From NCBI RefSeq assembly GCF_009914755.1, contig NC_060932.1: a stretch of 64,000 bases of DNA. One strand, written 5' to 3'. Shown here one piece after another: positions 29,573 to 43,299 of the stretch (its first letter is position 1; each line of letters starts with the position of its first letter). The position numbers and the translations under genes were made by a program. A model generated the notes under the pieces. The model was not told the origin of the DNA. It did not search any database and worked only from the letters and a program-made list of their open reading frames with translations. The stretch is from the human T2T-CHM13v2.0 reference genome, Homo sapiens.

Positions 29573-31718
29573 ATGTTTAAATAGTTATTTACTCAAGAAT
29601 AAAGACCGTGATCATTTCATTATTCCTCAGTGTCTGTGACAGTGTCAGCCAGTTAAACTCTAGACACTTTCTTCCTGCATTTGTCAATACAAATGCTGAT
29701 TGGAGTAGGCCACTGAACTGTTCTCATGAAGTAATTAGACCATCAGTATATATTGAAGATTTAAAATGAAGGTACTGAATTGAACATAATCAAGTGCCAG
29801 ATCTACTATACAGAAAATTCTGTGCTAGGACCTGTTATTCCCAGAGTGAGATCAGTATCAAAGAAGATGGGAATTGGAATGGCTCTAGGAACAGACAAAG
29901 TATGGCATGAGTTCTCATTCTACTTAGTCTTTATCAGACATGAACTTTTTGAGCCAACTCTGCTCATGGATAGAGTCAGGCCTTATACCATGCCCCTTCC
30001 TTCAGCCGTCCCAAGAGTAATCATAATTTCACAAATTGCTCTTTTTATCCCTAGTTCTGTAAGGAATTACCATCATCTCATGATAGTCCTTCAGGTGGTA
30101 GTTGAGTTAGCAAGTGATGTTTAAGTAACTTTACATAGAAGTTTAAGGAGACTTTATACAAAAAAAGTGCTCATCTTCCAACAGAATTGGGTTTAAACAT
30201 AGATATTCCAAATTCTTATCTTCTCTATAATGCCTCCAAATTTTCATTATGGTTGTTTTTTCTTTGGCAGAGAATGACTTTTTTGTCTGTTTTTACATTT
30301 TAGCTCAACCATTTGTAACTGATCCTAAAATTAAATGCTTTAAAAATATATTGAATGGCAGCCACATGTTTTGCATGATATTATTTCTATTCTACTAACA
30401 TGAAAGTAATTTGAATAGATATTACTTGTAAATAAAATAAATCGGCAAACCACTTATTGGAAATGACTTCTTAGAAATCTTCTCTTTCAAAGCATTAGGT
30501 TATAACATGGAATCTAAGATACTGAGAGATAGTAAGTAATGAAAAGACAATCTTTAGTCCTGAGGAGCTTACACCTTAAAGCAGGAGATAGGAGTGGTAT
30601 AAAATATTGTAAATATGAATCCTGATAAAGGTAGACTAACCCTCAAGAGCCATACCTGCTATTTTCAGAGAGCTAGAGAAACATCCTATTGGAAAACACA
30701 CTAGTATGCGCATTTAGTGGCAATTCAGTGTCAACATGCAGAATAATGAAGCAGTTGAAATCATTTCAAGGAGGCTCTGTGCCTGTCTTTGCTTCTCACT
30801 TCATCCCATTCAAATAAGAAGAAGCTTGAATAATAAAGAGGATAATTTGCATGGTTGTAAAAATCCCTGAAACACACCTGAATTTTAAATCATACAACTA
30901 AAGCAGGTTGTATTAAAGCAGAAGGATTCTGAGTTTTTAGAAACACCAGCAAATTAATCAGCTTTCAGATCAAAGAGTAAGAATCTTTAATGGCATGTAA
31001 ACATTGAATTTGGTTGTCAATGATTTCCATATTGAATCTCACAAAGAGATGTTTAGAAGCAGTTCTACTTTCCTTCCTCCAAATATCATAAATCAACTCT
31101 TTGATTTCTCTTTACTTTTTCTTCAGTTGGTTAGTCTAGAATATAAAAAAGTTTATTGTAGTCAGCAAATATTTTTAGACCTTGAGAGGTGCTAGTGGGT
31201 TATGAGACCAATGGGAGAAAGTACTCCAACTTGTAGCTCAATATTAGCACATAAATGTTAATGAGTACAAATCATTCCAAGCATGTCAAGAATAAGAAAT
31301 ATTTGGAAATATTTTGAAAATGCATCCTGTTGTGCTGATTCCAGGGTGAAAACACTTTAAGCTGTTAATAAAAAGCAGGCAACATACTCTCTTCATCTGA
31401 CCCATGCCATGGCATAGATTGCTCATGGGAGACTAATTTTGGGGTTGCCTGTTTGCTCCCAATTATTGCTTTCTGGAAATTGGACTTAAGACTCAGAGGT
31501 AGACTCCCAATGGCTTTGTCTTTAATACATGGCTCTGTCCACACAGCCAATTGAGTTAAAAGAATATATTCGACCCAAGCTGGACCAATGCTGTATCCTA
31601 GGAGTTATAGAATTGGAAAAGAGTGATCAGAAAACTGAGGATATCTGGGGCTGAGTTTTGCAAATGGTAGAGCTCTTGGAGGAAGGCCAATATAAACTTT
31701 TGATGCAGAAATCCTTGA

Positions 31719-32046
<328 letters not shown>

Positions 32047-32539
32047 ACCATCTCTTCCTTTAATTCCAAGAGATACTCACAATCCTTTCAATAATTGTCT
32101 TTTTCCCGGCCCTTTACCCCCCATAAGCCAGAGATAATCAGTTTCTGTTTCCTGCACTAAAAAACCCTAAAGGTTAAATAGTGACTAAATTAGGACTCAA
32201 AAATTTTTCAAAAAGTAAAGGATTACCCGGATATCCCTCACAATGCAGCAGAAGATGAATATGCCTAGGCTTGGAGTAACTGGTACTACAGCAGAAGGAG
32301 AAGTCATTTTCTGCTATTCACCAGTTCAAAATACAAGGTAGATATGGCTGGAAAGACAGACTTATAGGACACTTAACACAATAATGGCTACAAACACAGA
32401 GGTGAACAACTGAACAGTGTAAGAAGTCATGGAATAACATCCAAATTATACGTTCATGCCTCGAGTTTCAAATTAATTTTAAAATTCAAGTTATTATTCA
32501 TACTTTTATTGCTACAAATCCTGTGAAGTCCTTTGAGTT

Positions 32540-32725
32540 GAATTTTATAGCTGTCTGAGATCTTAGAGATTACCTGGTTTAACTCTCCCATTATACAGAT
32601 GAGGCAAGTAAGGCCCCTAAAATTTAAGTGACTTGCTTGTTGAAGATCTACAGTTACCAGTCGCAGTAAAGCTAGGAATCTAGTACTTTTAATTACTTAA
32701 TCTTGAATTACATGCTTTTCACACT
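32540..32725 (-). mobile_element. MIR
   Basis: cccattatacagatgaggcaa...ttaagtgacttgc core. Confidence 0.75.
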
Positions 32726-32996
32726 ATCAAATTATATTAGTTTTAATTAGGACTCACATTGTGCTTTATTTTAAATTCATATTAATTTATTATTTATTTT
32801 TACACTTTTAAGAGCATTTAAAGTGAAATAAATCCTTACAGGTATACTTGAGACCCCTACATGCTCCTTCTCAATTTTATTCACATCTCTCTTTCCCATG
32901 CTGAGTTTTCCTTTTTATTAGTTCTGGTATGTTTTCATTCATATATCTATAAAATGGCAAAATATATAGTATCTTTTTTATGTTTAAAATGTATGT

Positions 32997-33107
32997 AAAT
33001 CATAGTATAAGTCAACATTATATTTTAGAGATTAAATCATATTATACGTCAACATTATATTTTAGAGATTAAATCATATTATAAGTCAACATTATATTTT
33101 AGAGATT
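32997..33107 (+). repeat. Minisatellite, 3 x 37 bp
   Basis: aaatcata(g/t)tata(a/c)gtcaacattatattttagagatt at 32997, 33034, 33071. Confidence 0.95.
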
Positions 33108-33313
33108 TAAGCACATGGTACGTGTAACTCTTGTTCATTCATTTTCATTATATGAATATACTCGAATATATCTAATCCCCTGCTAATGGACATATAGACT
33201 GTCTCCAGGCTTTCACTTTTAACACAGTGCTGCAATAAACATTCTTGCACATGTGCACTTGTCCACATGTATGAGAATTTCACTGTGGTATGTAGGAATA
33301 GAAGGGCTGAGTA

Positions 33314-33668
<355 letters not shown>

Positions 33669-33928
33669 TCAAAGTAGTTGTACCAAATTATGCTTCCATT
33701 CAGCTGTGTATGAGAATTTGACTTGTCCAAGTTAGACCTGTCAGACTTTAAAATGTTTGCCAATCTAATCTAACGTGTGTGAAATGATATTTCACTGTGG
33801 TTTTATTTAATAGTTCTCTGAATACTAATGAGGTTGAGCGTCTTTTTATATGTATATTGGACGTAAGGCTTTCCTGATGTGTATGTAAATTGTCTGCTTA
33901 AATTCATTGCCCATTTATCTATTGAATT

Positions 33929-34226
33929 ATTTTATTATTACTTTTTAGAGATGGGATCTCTGTCACCTTGGTTGGAGTGCAGTGGCATGATCATAGTTTG
34001 CTGCAGTCTTGACCTCCTGGGCTCCAGCAATCCTTCCACCTCAGCCTCCCAAGTGGCTGAGACTACAGGTGCATACCATCACACCTGGCTAATTATTGTT
34101 ATTTTTGTAGAGATGGAGATCTTGCTATGTTGCCCAGGCTAGTCTTGAATTCCTGGCCTCAAGTAATGCTCTTGCCTCAGCTTCCCAAAGTGTTAAGATT
34201 ACAGGCATGAGCCACTGGGTGCAGTC
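33929..34226 (-). mobile_element. AluJ
   Basis: gatcatag...ttgacctcctgggctc...ttgtagagatgg J diagnostics. Confidence 0.92.
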
Positions 34227-34353
34227 TGAATTAGTTTTTTATTCGTATTGGTTTATAAGTATTCATATATAATCTGGATAGTATATACGTTCTTTAAACA
34301 TGTGGCTTGTTTTTGCCTTTTGATTATGACATACGTGTGTGTATGTGTATGTG

Positions 34354-34384
<31 letters not shown>

Positions 34385-36559
34385 ATATAACTTTTTTGTT
34401 TGGAAGTCTTAAATTTTAATGTAGTCAAATGTATTCATCTTTTTATTTGTGGTTCTCACTTTTTGTGATTTAAAATATCTTTCTGCACCAAAATGTTTAA
34501 CATTTTATTTTCTACTAGTAAGTCTTTAATCTACATATATATACATGTTATATATATATGTGTGTGTGTATATACACATATTACATATATATGCATTGCT
34601 TTCTTGCCTATCTGTAGAGGTAAAGAAGGATATAAATTCATTTCTTTTTACCTGTGGAAGACCAATTAATTTAGCAGTATTTTATAATTCATCTTTTCCC
34701 TACTTATTTTCAATGGTATCTCTGTCATCTGCCAAATTTTCGTATGTGTGTAGGTCTATTTTTGGGCTCTCTACTCTGTTCCATTAGTTCATTTTCTATC
34801 TTGAGCCAATACTACAATAACATAATTACTATATTTTATAATAGGTCTTCATATCTGGTAGGGAAAATCATTGCAACATTGTATTTCTTTAAACTTGTCT
34901 TGGGTTCCTGGGCCAATAGGTGTTTTTTTTTGTTTGTTTGTTTTTTTTAATTTCTAATATTGTTTTCATTAATGCCATCTCATTTTTTGCTATCTTATAT
35001 TTTGCTGAGAATTTATCTTTTATTAATTATGAAAAATTCTACCCATTATGTTTCAAATTGTGCCTTTCCCCCATTCTTTCCATTATCACTCTCTTTAAAC
35101 CATAAATTAAATTTTGCATTAAAACTGTTGTAATAAAGACTTTAAAAAATTTAGTAAATCTTATTTGGTTATTTAACAAGCTCTCTAACGCTTTTTAGTA
35201 AATTTTGTATTCTTTTATATTTTCAATTTTTTTGTAAGTGACACTATTTTTATATATCTTGTAAGTGACATTATTTATTTTTGTAAGTGATATTTATTTT
35301 TATATATCTACTTTGGAGTATCTAGTCAATAGCTATAGCATTTGGCATTATTGGAAAATTTAATATTGTTATTAATTATACCTAGTGACTCTTCTTCATT
35401 AATTTAAAATTTTGATTGTAAACTCCTTTTCACTGAACCTTTCCCATGGGAATTCTTCAGAGCCAGACTGAGAACATTTTCCACTAGAGAAATTTTGCAT
35501 TTGCTTCTTGTAGGCACTGCAGAGTTAGCATGAGTTTGGAGCCATTTTTACATTGGTCACTAAGTCTGGAGGATTCCTTAGCCGCACATGAATAGTGTAA
35601 ATTTAAACCTCAGTCCTCATTGAGACAGGGGTATGGTCATAAATTTTAATAGAAGCTCTTTTAACCTCCAGCCCAAACATACACAAAAAGAGACAAGTCA
35701 TCCTGTTGTATTCCTTGCCAGTGTACATACTTTCACCTGCTCACATTTTCTCTGAAGGTATATCTCTTCCACCGTGAGTTCCTGATTTGCACTAAGGATA
35801 TCAGTCCTAATTCCTCATTTTCTAAGTGTATGTTTCTTGTGCTTGTTTAAGTAATCCAACCTATCTCTCGTATTATTGAGTCAGCATATACCCAGAGCTA
35901 TTTCTGCTGAATTATTGTTACTTTAGAAGTCTTTTTTTTTTTTCGTAATGAGTTAGGGTTTGCATGTAAAACTATGTTTGTTACATTTGTAGATATTTTG
36001 TAGTGGGAGTTAATCATGCCTGCTACATTGCTGGAGCAAAATTCAACACTAAACTTTAGTATATGAATTAGAGTTCAATAAAATTTTGACCTAAAACAGC
36101 ATCTCTGTCTCTAGGAAATTAACTATTTCCTAAAATATTTAAAGTGCCTACTAAGACTTATTTTTTATAAGCAGCAGAGACAGTTGCTCTATTTATAAAT
36201 ATATATTGCAAACTCACGTAACTAACAATTGTTGTTGAATTAAATCTTTCAAAAGCATAAATATTTCCCTTCTAATGAAATAGTAGGTTTTAATATGCTC
36301 TTTAAGAAGATGCTTCAAAACACTTGCATATTAGTGTTGCTAACGTCTGCCCTTTAGAAACTATAATTAGCTAGTCTTTAAAGTATCAGTAATCTGCAAG
36401 TATTCTAATAGTACTTTTCTAACTTCAAATTTACATTTTATGAGAGTCTCAACTCAACCAGTTTGTATTTTCTGAAAAGTCCAAGATTTGTGCTCAGTAG
36501 GTAGGGTGCTTGATTTAAGGAGCCCTTAGATTTGTAGTGATTTAAAAACAACGAAAGAC

Positions 36560-36900
36560 TTGGGCCACTTTCCTTCAGGACATTGTGCCTTTTGTTTATG
36601 ACTACTTTACTATGTAAGTAGCAGATTTATGATAACACAGTTTTATGACTCATGGGTCCCCCATGAGTTTCATTTAAAAAGGGTGTACCATGGACATCAA
36701 ATGGATGAAGAACATATAGATTTAGCAGCTAATAAGCAAGCTGATTCAGTTTTGGGTTCCTTTTGTCCTAACCTTTGACTGAGGGGAACATAAAATAAAA
36801 AGACTGAGTGAAGACTTAGTGAATAAAAAGGCTATTTGAATTTTTATGGCCATGTGTTTATGTGTTGAAGTAATTTGAAAAGATTAATGAGATAGGGCTT
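36560..36900. promoter_or_regulatory. Candidate enhancer (HOX/CDX, AP-1, TCF motif cluster)
   Basis: Repeat-free; several TTTATG motifs, TGACTCA, ACATCAAA. Confidence 0.3.
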
Positions 36901-38831
36901 ACTATGTAAAACAAAATTGGCATAAACTTTGTAAGAGTTCTTACTCTAAATGTTTCCCATTGAATTAGCAAAGTCCTCAAAACTTCCACATTTTGTTATT
37001 CTAACTCCAAGTTGAAATGATCCGTAATATTACAGTTTTTAGTATTTATAACTTAAAATTTAATCTAAGAATTGGCATTAAATTATAATCTAATATAGTA
37101 TCTCTATCGGTAGGAAATTATCAGTTTTCTTCCTAAAGTATTTAAGACTGGCTCTGAACATTTTATTCCTTACCATGGAAAGTAACAATCTTTCATTTGT
37201 ACCACTTTCGTTCATAGACTTCACTGCTGTTTAGAGACATACCCATATCCACCTCTCCCCATGCCACACATCTTGATTTATCAGACTGAAATATGAAGTG
37301 GTAAAAGTATACTTCTCTATTAAATTTTCTTAGTCTATTATTTCTGTTCAATTTTCTTCATGCTCGTGGCCAGGGCTTTCTTGCTACCATTTAAAACTTT
37401 CTTCACAGATTGTAAAAACTGTTAAGCTAAGTTAAATGCGTGTTTTCATAATACTGTGTAGTCACATTTCAAGAGAACACCTGATGATGACCATACTAAT
37501 TCAAATAACTGAATCTGTGAATGTGGTATTTCAGATACATTGGAGACAATACGGGGAAATACTTTGGCCTTTTCAGGCCTAAGTTCTTCCTTATAGCAAC
37601 CCATGTTTACTTCCAGGCTTCCCAGAGGATCCGGTACCTTCTGCCCTACTTCTATAAGGACTCTCCTGAAAAGCTTATTGTCATGCAAAGCTTAGTGTTT
37701 AGCTATTCTGTCACTTCCTCAACTCAGTAGCCTGATATTGAACTTCCGACACTTTTTTTGTTCATTGTGTTTTAAGTTTGGGTTGCCACTCCATTCCTGA
37801 GGCCACAATTTTATTAAGGTCCCAAATCTTTTACTAACTGATTTCTGAAATTAAACATAATTTGATTTATAAGCCTCCAATATGTCTACACAATTTCAAG
37901 ATGTGGAAATTCAGTTTAAAAACAAACTCTTGGAGATTATTATTCATTTAGAGAAGAAATTGAAAAAGACTTCCTTGAAACAGTGTGTTCTCTACTGATT
38001 ATGACTGAAGTCTTTAAGTTTGGGAAAAGAACAGCTGTCAGCACAGGAGAGCAAATGTAAAGACTGAATATATAAAGAAAGGGCCCAATGCTACTGGAGA
38101 GGCAGTAGCAAAGGAAGGTTGCATACAAACACATGGAGTCAAAGGTTCAAAATGCTTGGACATTTCCAGAATGTCTAAGCACAAATGGAACAAGTGTTGT
38201 AGGGAGTTCCAAATAACAGGCAGTCATAAAAATTCTAGGATTTCATTCATTCATTCATTCTTAATGCATTCATTATTACAGCAAATGGAGCACCACCTTT
38301 TAGCTGGACATTCTGCTAGACTCTAAAATGAATGGCAGCCTTGCTCTTAAAGGGATTAGAAACTAGTTGGGCAATGGGAGTTTAAAAATTTGGAAGAAGT
38401 AGTTGATGCATTTATAGAAAAACTGGGTTATTCCCTATGTGGACTGAAGGATGAGGAAGAAACATGGTAGTGTGGTAAGAAGGAAGTGCCCAGTGAGCCT
38501 GGAGTACTGGTATACCAGTGAAGAACAAGCCCAGAACCATAAGTGCATTTTGTTGGGAAGGCAGGGAGCCTGATCTGGATCCCAAATGCTGGTTTAGGCC
38601 AATGGCAGACTGTAAAGAGCCTTTCTGTTAGTCCAGTACAAACAAGCTTCATATGGTAAAATTTGCAAATTTAAGGAACTGTCATTTCTTGAAATTAGTT
38701 CCTTTCCAGTTTCTTTAAAAGATGATGGTGATAGGCAGTTAAAAAAAACTTTGACAAATTTAAAAGTTGACCATTCTATCTGGATCGTTTATTTATTTTA
38801 AAATTAGTTGGTCTATAAAATCCAAACATAA

Positions 38832-38980
38832 GCCCAGGCGTGGTGGAGCACAGCTGTAATCGCAGCTACTGAGGACTACTTCCTGCAGTCCCTCAGAAGC
38901 TGAGGTTGGAGGATTGCTTGAGCTCTGGAGTTGGAGGGCAGCATGAACAACTTAGCGAGACTTCCTCTCTAAAAAACACA
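38832..38980 (+). mobile_element. FLAM_A/FRAM-like Alu monomer with small hairpin insertion
   Basis: ccaggcgtggtgg...gctgaggttggaggattgcttgag...agcgagac, A tail. Confidence 0.8.
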
Positions 38981-39309
38981 AAATCCAGACTTCTAAGATT
39001 GATGGTCATGATCCAGAACCCGCTGATCCAGCACCCCAGCTATGGGACTGGTTCAAGACCGTGAGTGACCACACCTGCAGGCTGGGAGGCTTCCTTAGTC
39101 ATTCTTTTTTCCACATTCTGGATCCTCATTCCTCACCATTCTGTCACTCATGTTTGCTCTTGAAATCTCCCCAATCTGTCTATCCACATTTAAATATGTC
39201 CCAATTTCAGCCCTCTGCACAGTTTCTCTCCAGCTGTTTTTCTTTCCTGGCCTTGCATTCACACTTGTTTCCTTCCTTGGGTTCAGTCACAAGTTTCCTT
39301 TATTCTTTC

Positions 39310-39348
39310 TGTCTGTCTATCTATCTATCTATCTATCTATCATCTATT
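39310..39348 (+). repeat. (TCTG)(TCTA)n STR
   Basis: tgtctgtctatctatctatc... Confidence 0.9.
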
Positions 39349-39499
39349 ATAGTATTGTATTTTATATAATGTAATAGGGTAAAGCAGTTTAGATAGAAAA
39401 AAATTACCTATTGCAAATGGTCCCTAAAGTTGAATAAGATGAAAACAGCCAACTGTCCATGGTGACTGGTGAGTGTGGTGAGAATGGTGGCAGGCAAAT

Positions 39500-39500
<1 letters not shown>

Positions 39501-39541
<41 letters not shown>
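39501..39541 (+). repeat. (CA)20 microsatellite
   Basis: Perfect CA run. Confidence 0.98.
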
Positions 39542-39543
<2 letters not shown>

Positions 39544-41964
39544 CCCTTTTCCCTGCTGCTGACACATGGCTATTTTTACCCAGAAGAGAAGATACGTTAA
39601 ACATAGACTATGTGGCATTCGGCATATTTCAGTCTTTGCATAAAATTGCCAGAAAATTTCTTGAGATTAGGGATGAAGTCTACATGAAAACTCTGGGTTG
39701 TCAGTACTCATTGAACCCCTGCTTTGAATTCTAGGGTAGTAAAAGTTCAGAAGTAGTTATTAGTGAACCAATACCAACAGCTGTGGTCAGTTAATGGGGT
39801 AAGAATTAAACAGAAGAATTAGAAAATTATGATTATGCAACTAAGTAACTTCAGACTTGAATTTTGGTCACATTTGTTTCAATTAAAGATCTGTAAAATT
39901 TCCAGTTCTACATAATGTGAGAAAAGTCAGCCAAAATTGAAGGGAAAAAAGAACATGAAACAAAACATATGTTGGGTTATGGTTTTGCACCAGATATTTT
40001 TGAAATTAAAAGTGGTAAACAGTTTATTCTAAATGAATTGGATTTCTCCCTTAAGATTCAAAGTAGGCAAATACTTAAATCAGACTACAAATTAGATTAG
40101 TGCTAAGGACTGGATGACTTTGGGAACATCCTTAAAGGCTAAATATATATTCCATTACCTCTATTTTAAAACAGCATCTATTATGCTCACTGATTTATCA
40201 GAAAGCATAATTTGCTATTTTTAGTCAAAGAAAAATAAATCTATTAGTTTGATTCTGGGGTTCAGGATTTTCCAGAGAACTGAGATACTTTGGCAAATTT
40301 GTCTTTGGTGTCATAACAAATAGTTCTTTGTTTTCCTTTGTATATTTTGAGGGTGTCAAGTTCAACGTCCTAGTCGACAAGCAAGTCTTTTCATTAAGCA
40401 GCAATGAATCATAGAATCATGGAGTTGGAAGGACATCTAAAAGTAATCTAATGCTACCCCTTGCTTCCAGGAAAGATATCTGTATCATGCTTCATTCTGT
40501 TTCTAAAATCTGAAGAAGAAAATAGAATAATTTAGAATATATGGACTGAATTCTTACCATGAGGTTAACTGTAGAAACTATTGCATCTTTTATAACCTTC
40601 TAAACTGGATTGAGATCCATAAATAAATTTAGATAAGGTTGTTTGCTTTGCTTCTTTCGCAGATTGTCTTTTCTACTGGATAGAGAGCTATCAGTAAAAA
40701 GAGGAGAAGCTGTTTATTTTGCTTCTTTTGCAAATTGTGTAATTCTATTTAAACTTAACATATTTAGCCTGGTATTTTTTAGCAGTTCATTCTACAACAT
40801 TCTAGTATTGTGATACCCAAAGACATCCTAAAAAATATATTATCACTGCTGTGATTGAATAGTACACATCTTTATGTATATGCAATCAGTTTTCCTTTAG
40901 ATCATTTCTAGTTTCTTTTGGTACACACATGCTGATTTGTATACCACTTAAAAAAAGACTAGAAAAACTTTATCATTCCAGACAATAGAAAGTTGCCTTT
41001 TTATATTTACTTGTTCTAGATTGATTGAAAAAAGTTGTCCTAGCAAAAGATATCATTTGATATAACTCCTGGAAATCTGTTATACAAATAAATTAAAATA
41101 TAGTCACTGCAGATTATAGTTTGAGAAGACATCAAATCAGACGCAATCATGAATCAAAGATGGTATTGAGCTATCAGGTTATTGTCAACATGGCTTCTCA
41201 ACATTTGGAGCAGAGGGATGAAGTGAAGCAGAGGTGTTAGGAAAGATTTTTAAAGGGATTTTCAACCAGTTACCCTTTACAAGAAATATGCTAGTCTTTA
41301 GATTCAATAAAACTTCACATTTCAAATAAATCTGCCCAACAAAATAGCAAACATACCCTTGTCTCAGCTAATTAAAATAAAAACCTTTTGCCTTTTCTAC
41401 TTCGGGGAGCTGGGTTGCTATCAGAAGACTGTGATCCAAGTTGTGGATTAAGGGAGATTATTGCACCACCAATATTCTGGAGTCTTTTAAGAAAGTAATT
41501 CCTTTTTCCTTCATACTTCATCATGTAAATAGCATGGAAAAAGCCCTCATCAGAATTTCTGAGGGCGGTGGGACTAGTGGAGACATAATAAAGCAACAGA
41601 AAAAATCCTTTTCTTTCTCTATTATGATGCACGTTTTGCCTGCTCAGAAAGTCTAGAGATCTGGAATTTGTAATGTAGGAATGCTGACCTGTCTGTGATG
41701 GGTGCTGGAGACCAGGCCAGGGAGCATGAAGCATCCCTTGCTCAGACCATGAAGCACCCCTTGAGAGAAACTACAAAGAGGAAATTTCTCTAAAAAACAG
41801 TTTATCTTGTAATACAAAGCCTCTGAAATTGAGTATCTGTTTTACAGATCAAAGGGAAATTTGGCATTTTTCAAGTCATAATTTTGGAATAGTTTTTAAA
41901 AATTACTTTTAGTTGAAAAATGAAGATGAAAGCTAGTGTTTATTGATCAATTACTAGGTGCCAC

Positions 41965-42325
41965 GTTTACATAAATAAAATGTGGTAAATTCATACAATG
42001 AAATATTGTTCAGTCACAAAAATGAATTAAGTACTGATACATGTTACAACAAGATGAAATTTGAGGGCATTATGCTAAGTGAAAGAAGTCAGACATAAAA
42101 GACCGTGTAACACATGATTTCATTTATATGACATGCGCAGAATAGGCAAATTCATAGAGACAGAAAGTAGATTATTGATTGCAAGGGGCTGGGGGAGGAG
42201 AGAGTGGGGAGTGACTATTATGGGTACTGATTTTTTTGGGGAAATTATAGAAATGTTCTGGAGTTAGTGGTGATGGTAGCGCAAACTTGTGAACATACTA
42301 AAAACCACTAAATTGTACATTTAAT
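41965..42325 (+). mobile_element. L1MB 3' end
   Basis: ataaaatgtgg...tatgctaagtgaaagaag...aataggcaaattcatagagacagaaagtagatt. Confidence 0.88.
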
Positions 42326-42695
42326 CAAATATAATCTTTCCACAAGGGCCTTCTTTCACCTTCCTAAATAAAAGATTAATTAGAATGAAAAAACACTCTA
42401 TTTTATAGGTGAATTCAGGTATAAATTAATAGCTGAAATATAAGTTAGAAAGAGGTAATTACCATGAGAATGAAACACACCAAAATTCTATAATGCTCTT
42501 TTTACCCTGTGTCTTCCAATTAATGTCGTTAATTCAATCAATAATTTTTTTCCAGATGCCGCTATGTCTTTCTCATTAACAAAATTATTTCATGAAATTG
42601 CTGTGAAGTTGGTAATTATTAAAGCTGGGAAATAGAAAATGGGGTCCATTTTTCCATTTTTTCTACTGTATATCTGGGTGAAAATTTCTGTAGTA

Positions 42696-43299
42696 CAGTT
42701 TGAGTGTCCTTAATCCGGAAAACTGAAATCTGAAGTGCTTCAGAATCGGAAACTTTTTGAGTGCCGATGTGACGCCACAAGTGGAAAATATCATACCTTA
42801 CCTCGTGATGGCTTGCAGTCAAAACATAGGCACACAACACACAGTTTCTTTAGTGTCCCCAAGAGAAAAAAGACCCTCTCAGCCCCCTTTATTTGTGATA
42901 TATCTTTTCCACACACACTCAGATTCCCCCAAGCACACCCACAAAGGGTAATAAAATGGGCACTTTCAGGACAGAAGCACAAGTGGCAAGTTCCCTACGA
43001 TGCCCCACATGGGGCCAAGACCTACATCACTGGTAGCTGAGTTAGTGACTCCTTAGCTTTCTGGTGGTTCAATGAATGCAAACTCTGTTTCATGCTAGAA
43101 ATTCTTAACAATATTATATAAAATGACCTTTAGGCTATGTTTATAAAGTGTATATGAAGCAGAAATGAATTTCATGCTTAGACTTGGGTCCCATCCCCAA
43201 GGTATTTCATCGTGTATATGCAAATATTCCTAAATAAAAACAATTCTGAAATCTGAAACAGTTCTGGTACTGTGTTTTGGATAAGGGATATTCAACCTG
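42696..43299. mobile_element. Tigger4 (Zombi/MER46) deletion derivative
   Basis: TIRs cagtttgagtgtccttaatcc / ggataagggatattcaacctg; TA on left; gacttgggtcccatccccaag. Confidence 0.88.

Noticed and set aside
32997-33107. 37-bp repeats as a CRISPR-like array
   Set aside because: Head-to-tail with no spacers, eukaryotic context, no cas genes
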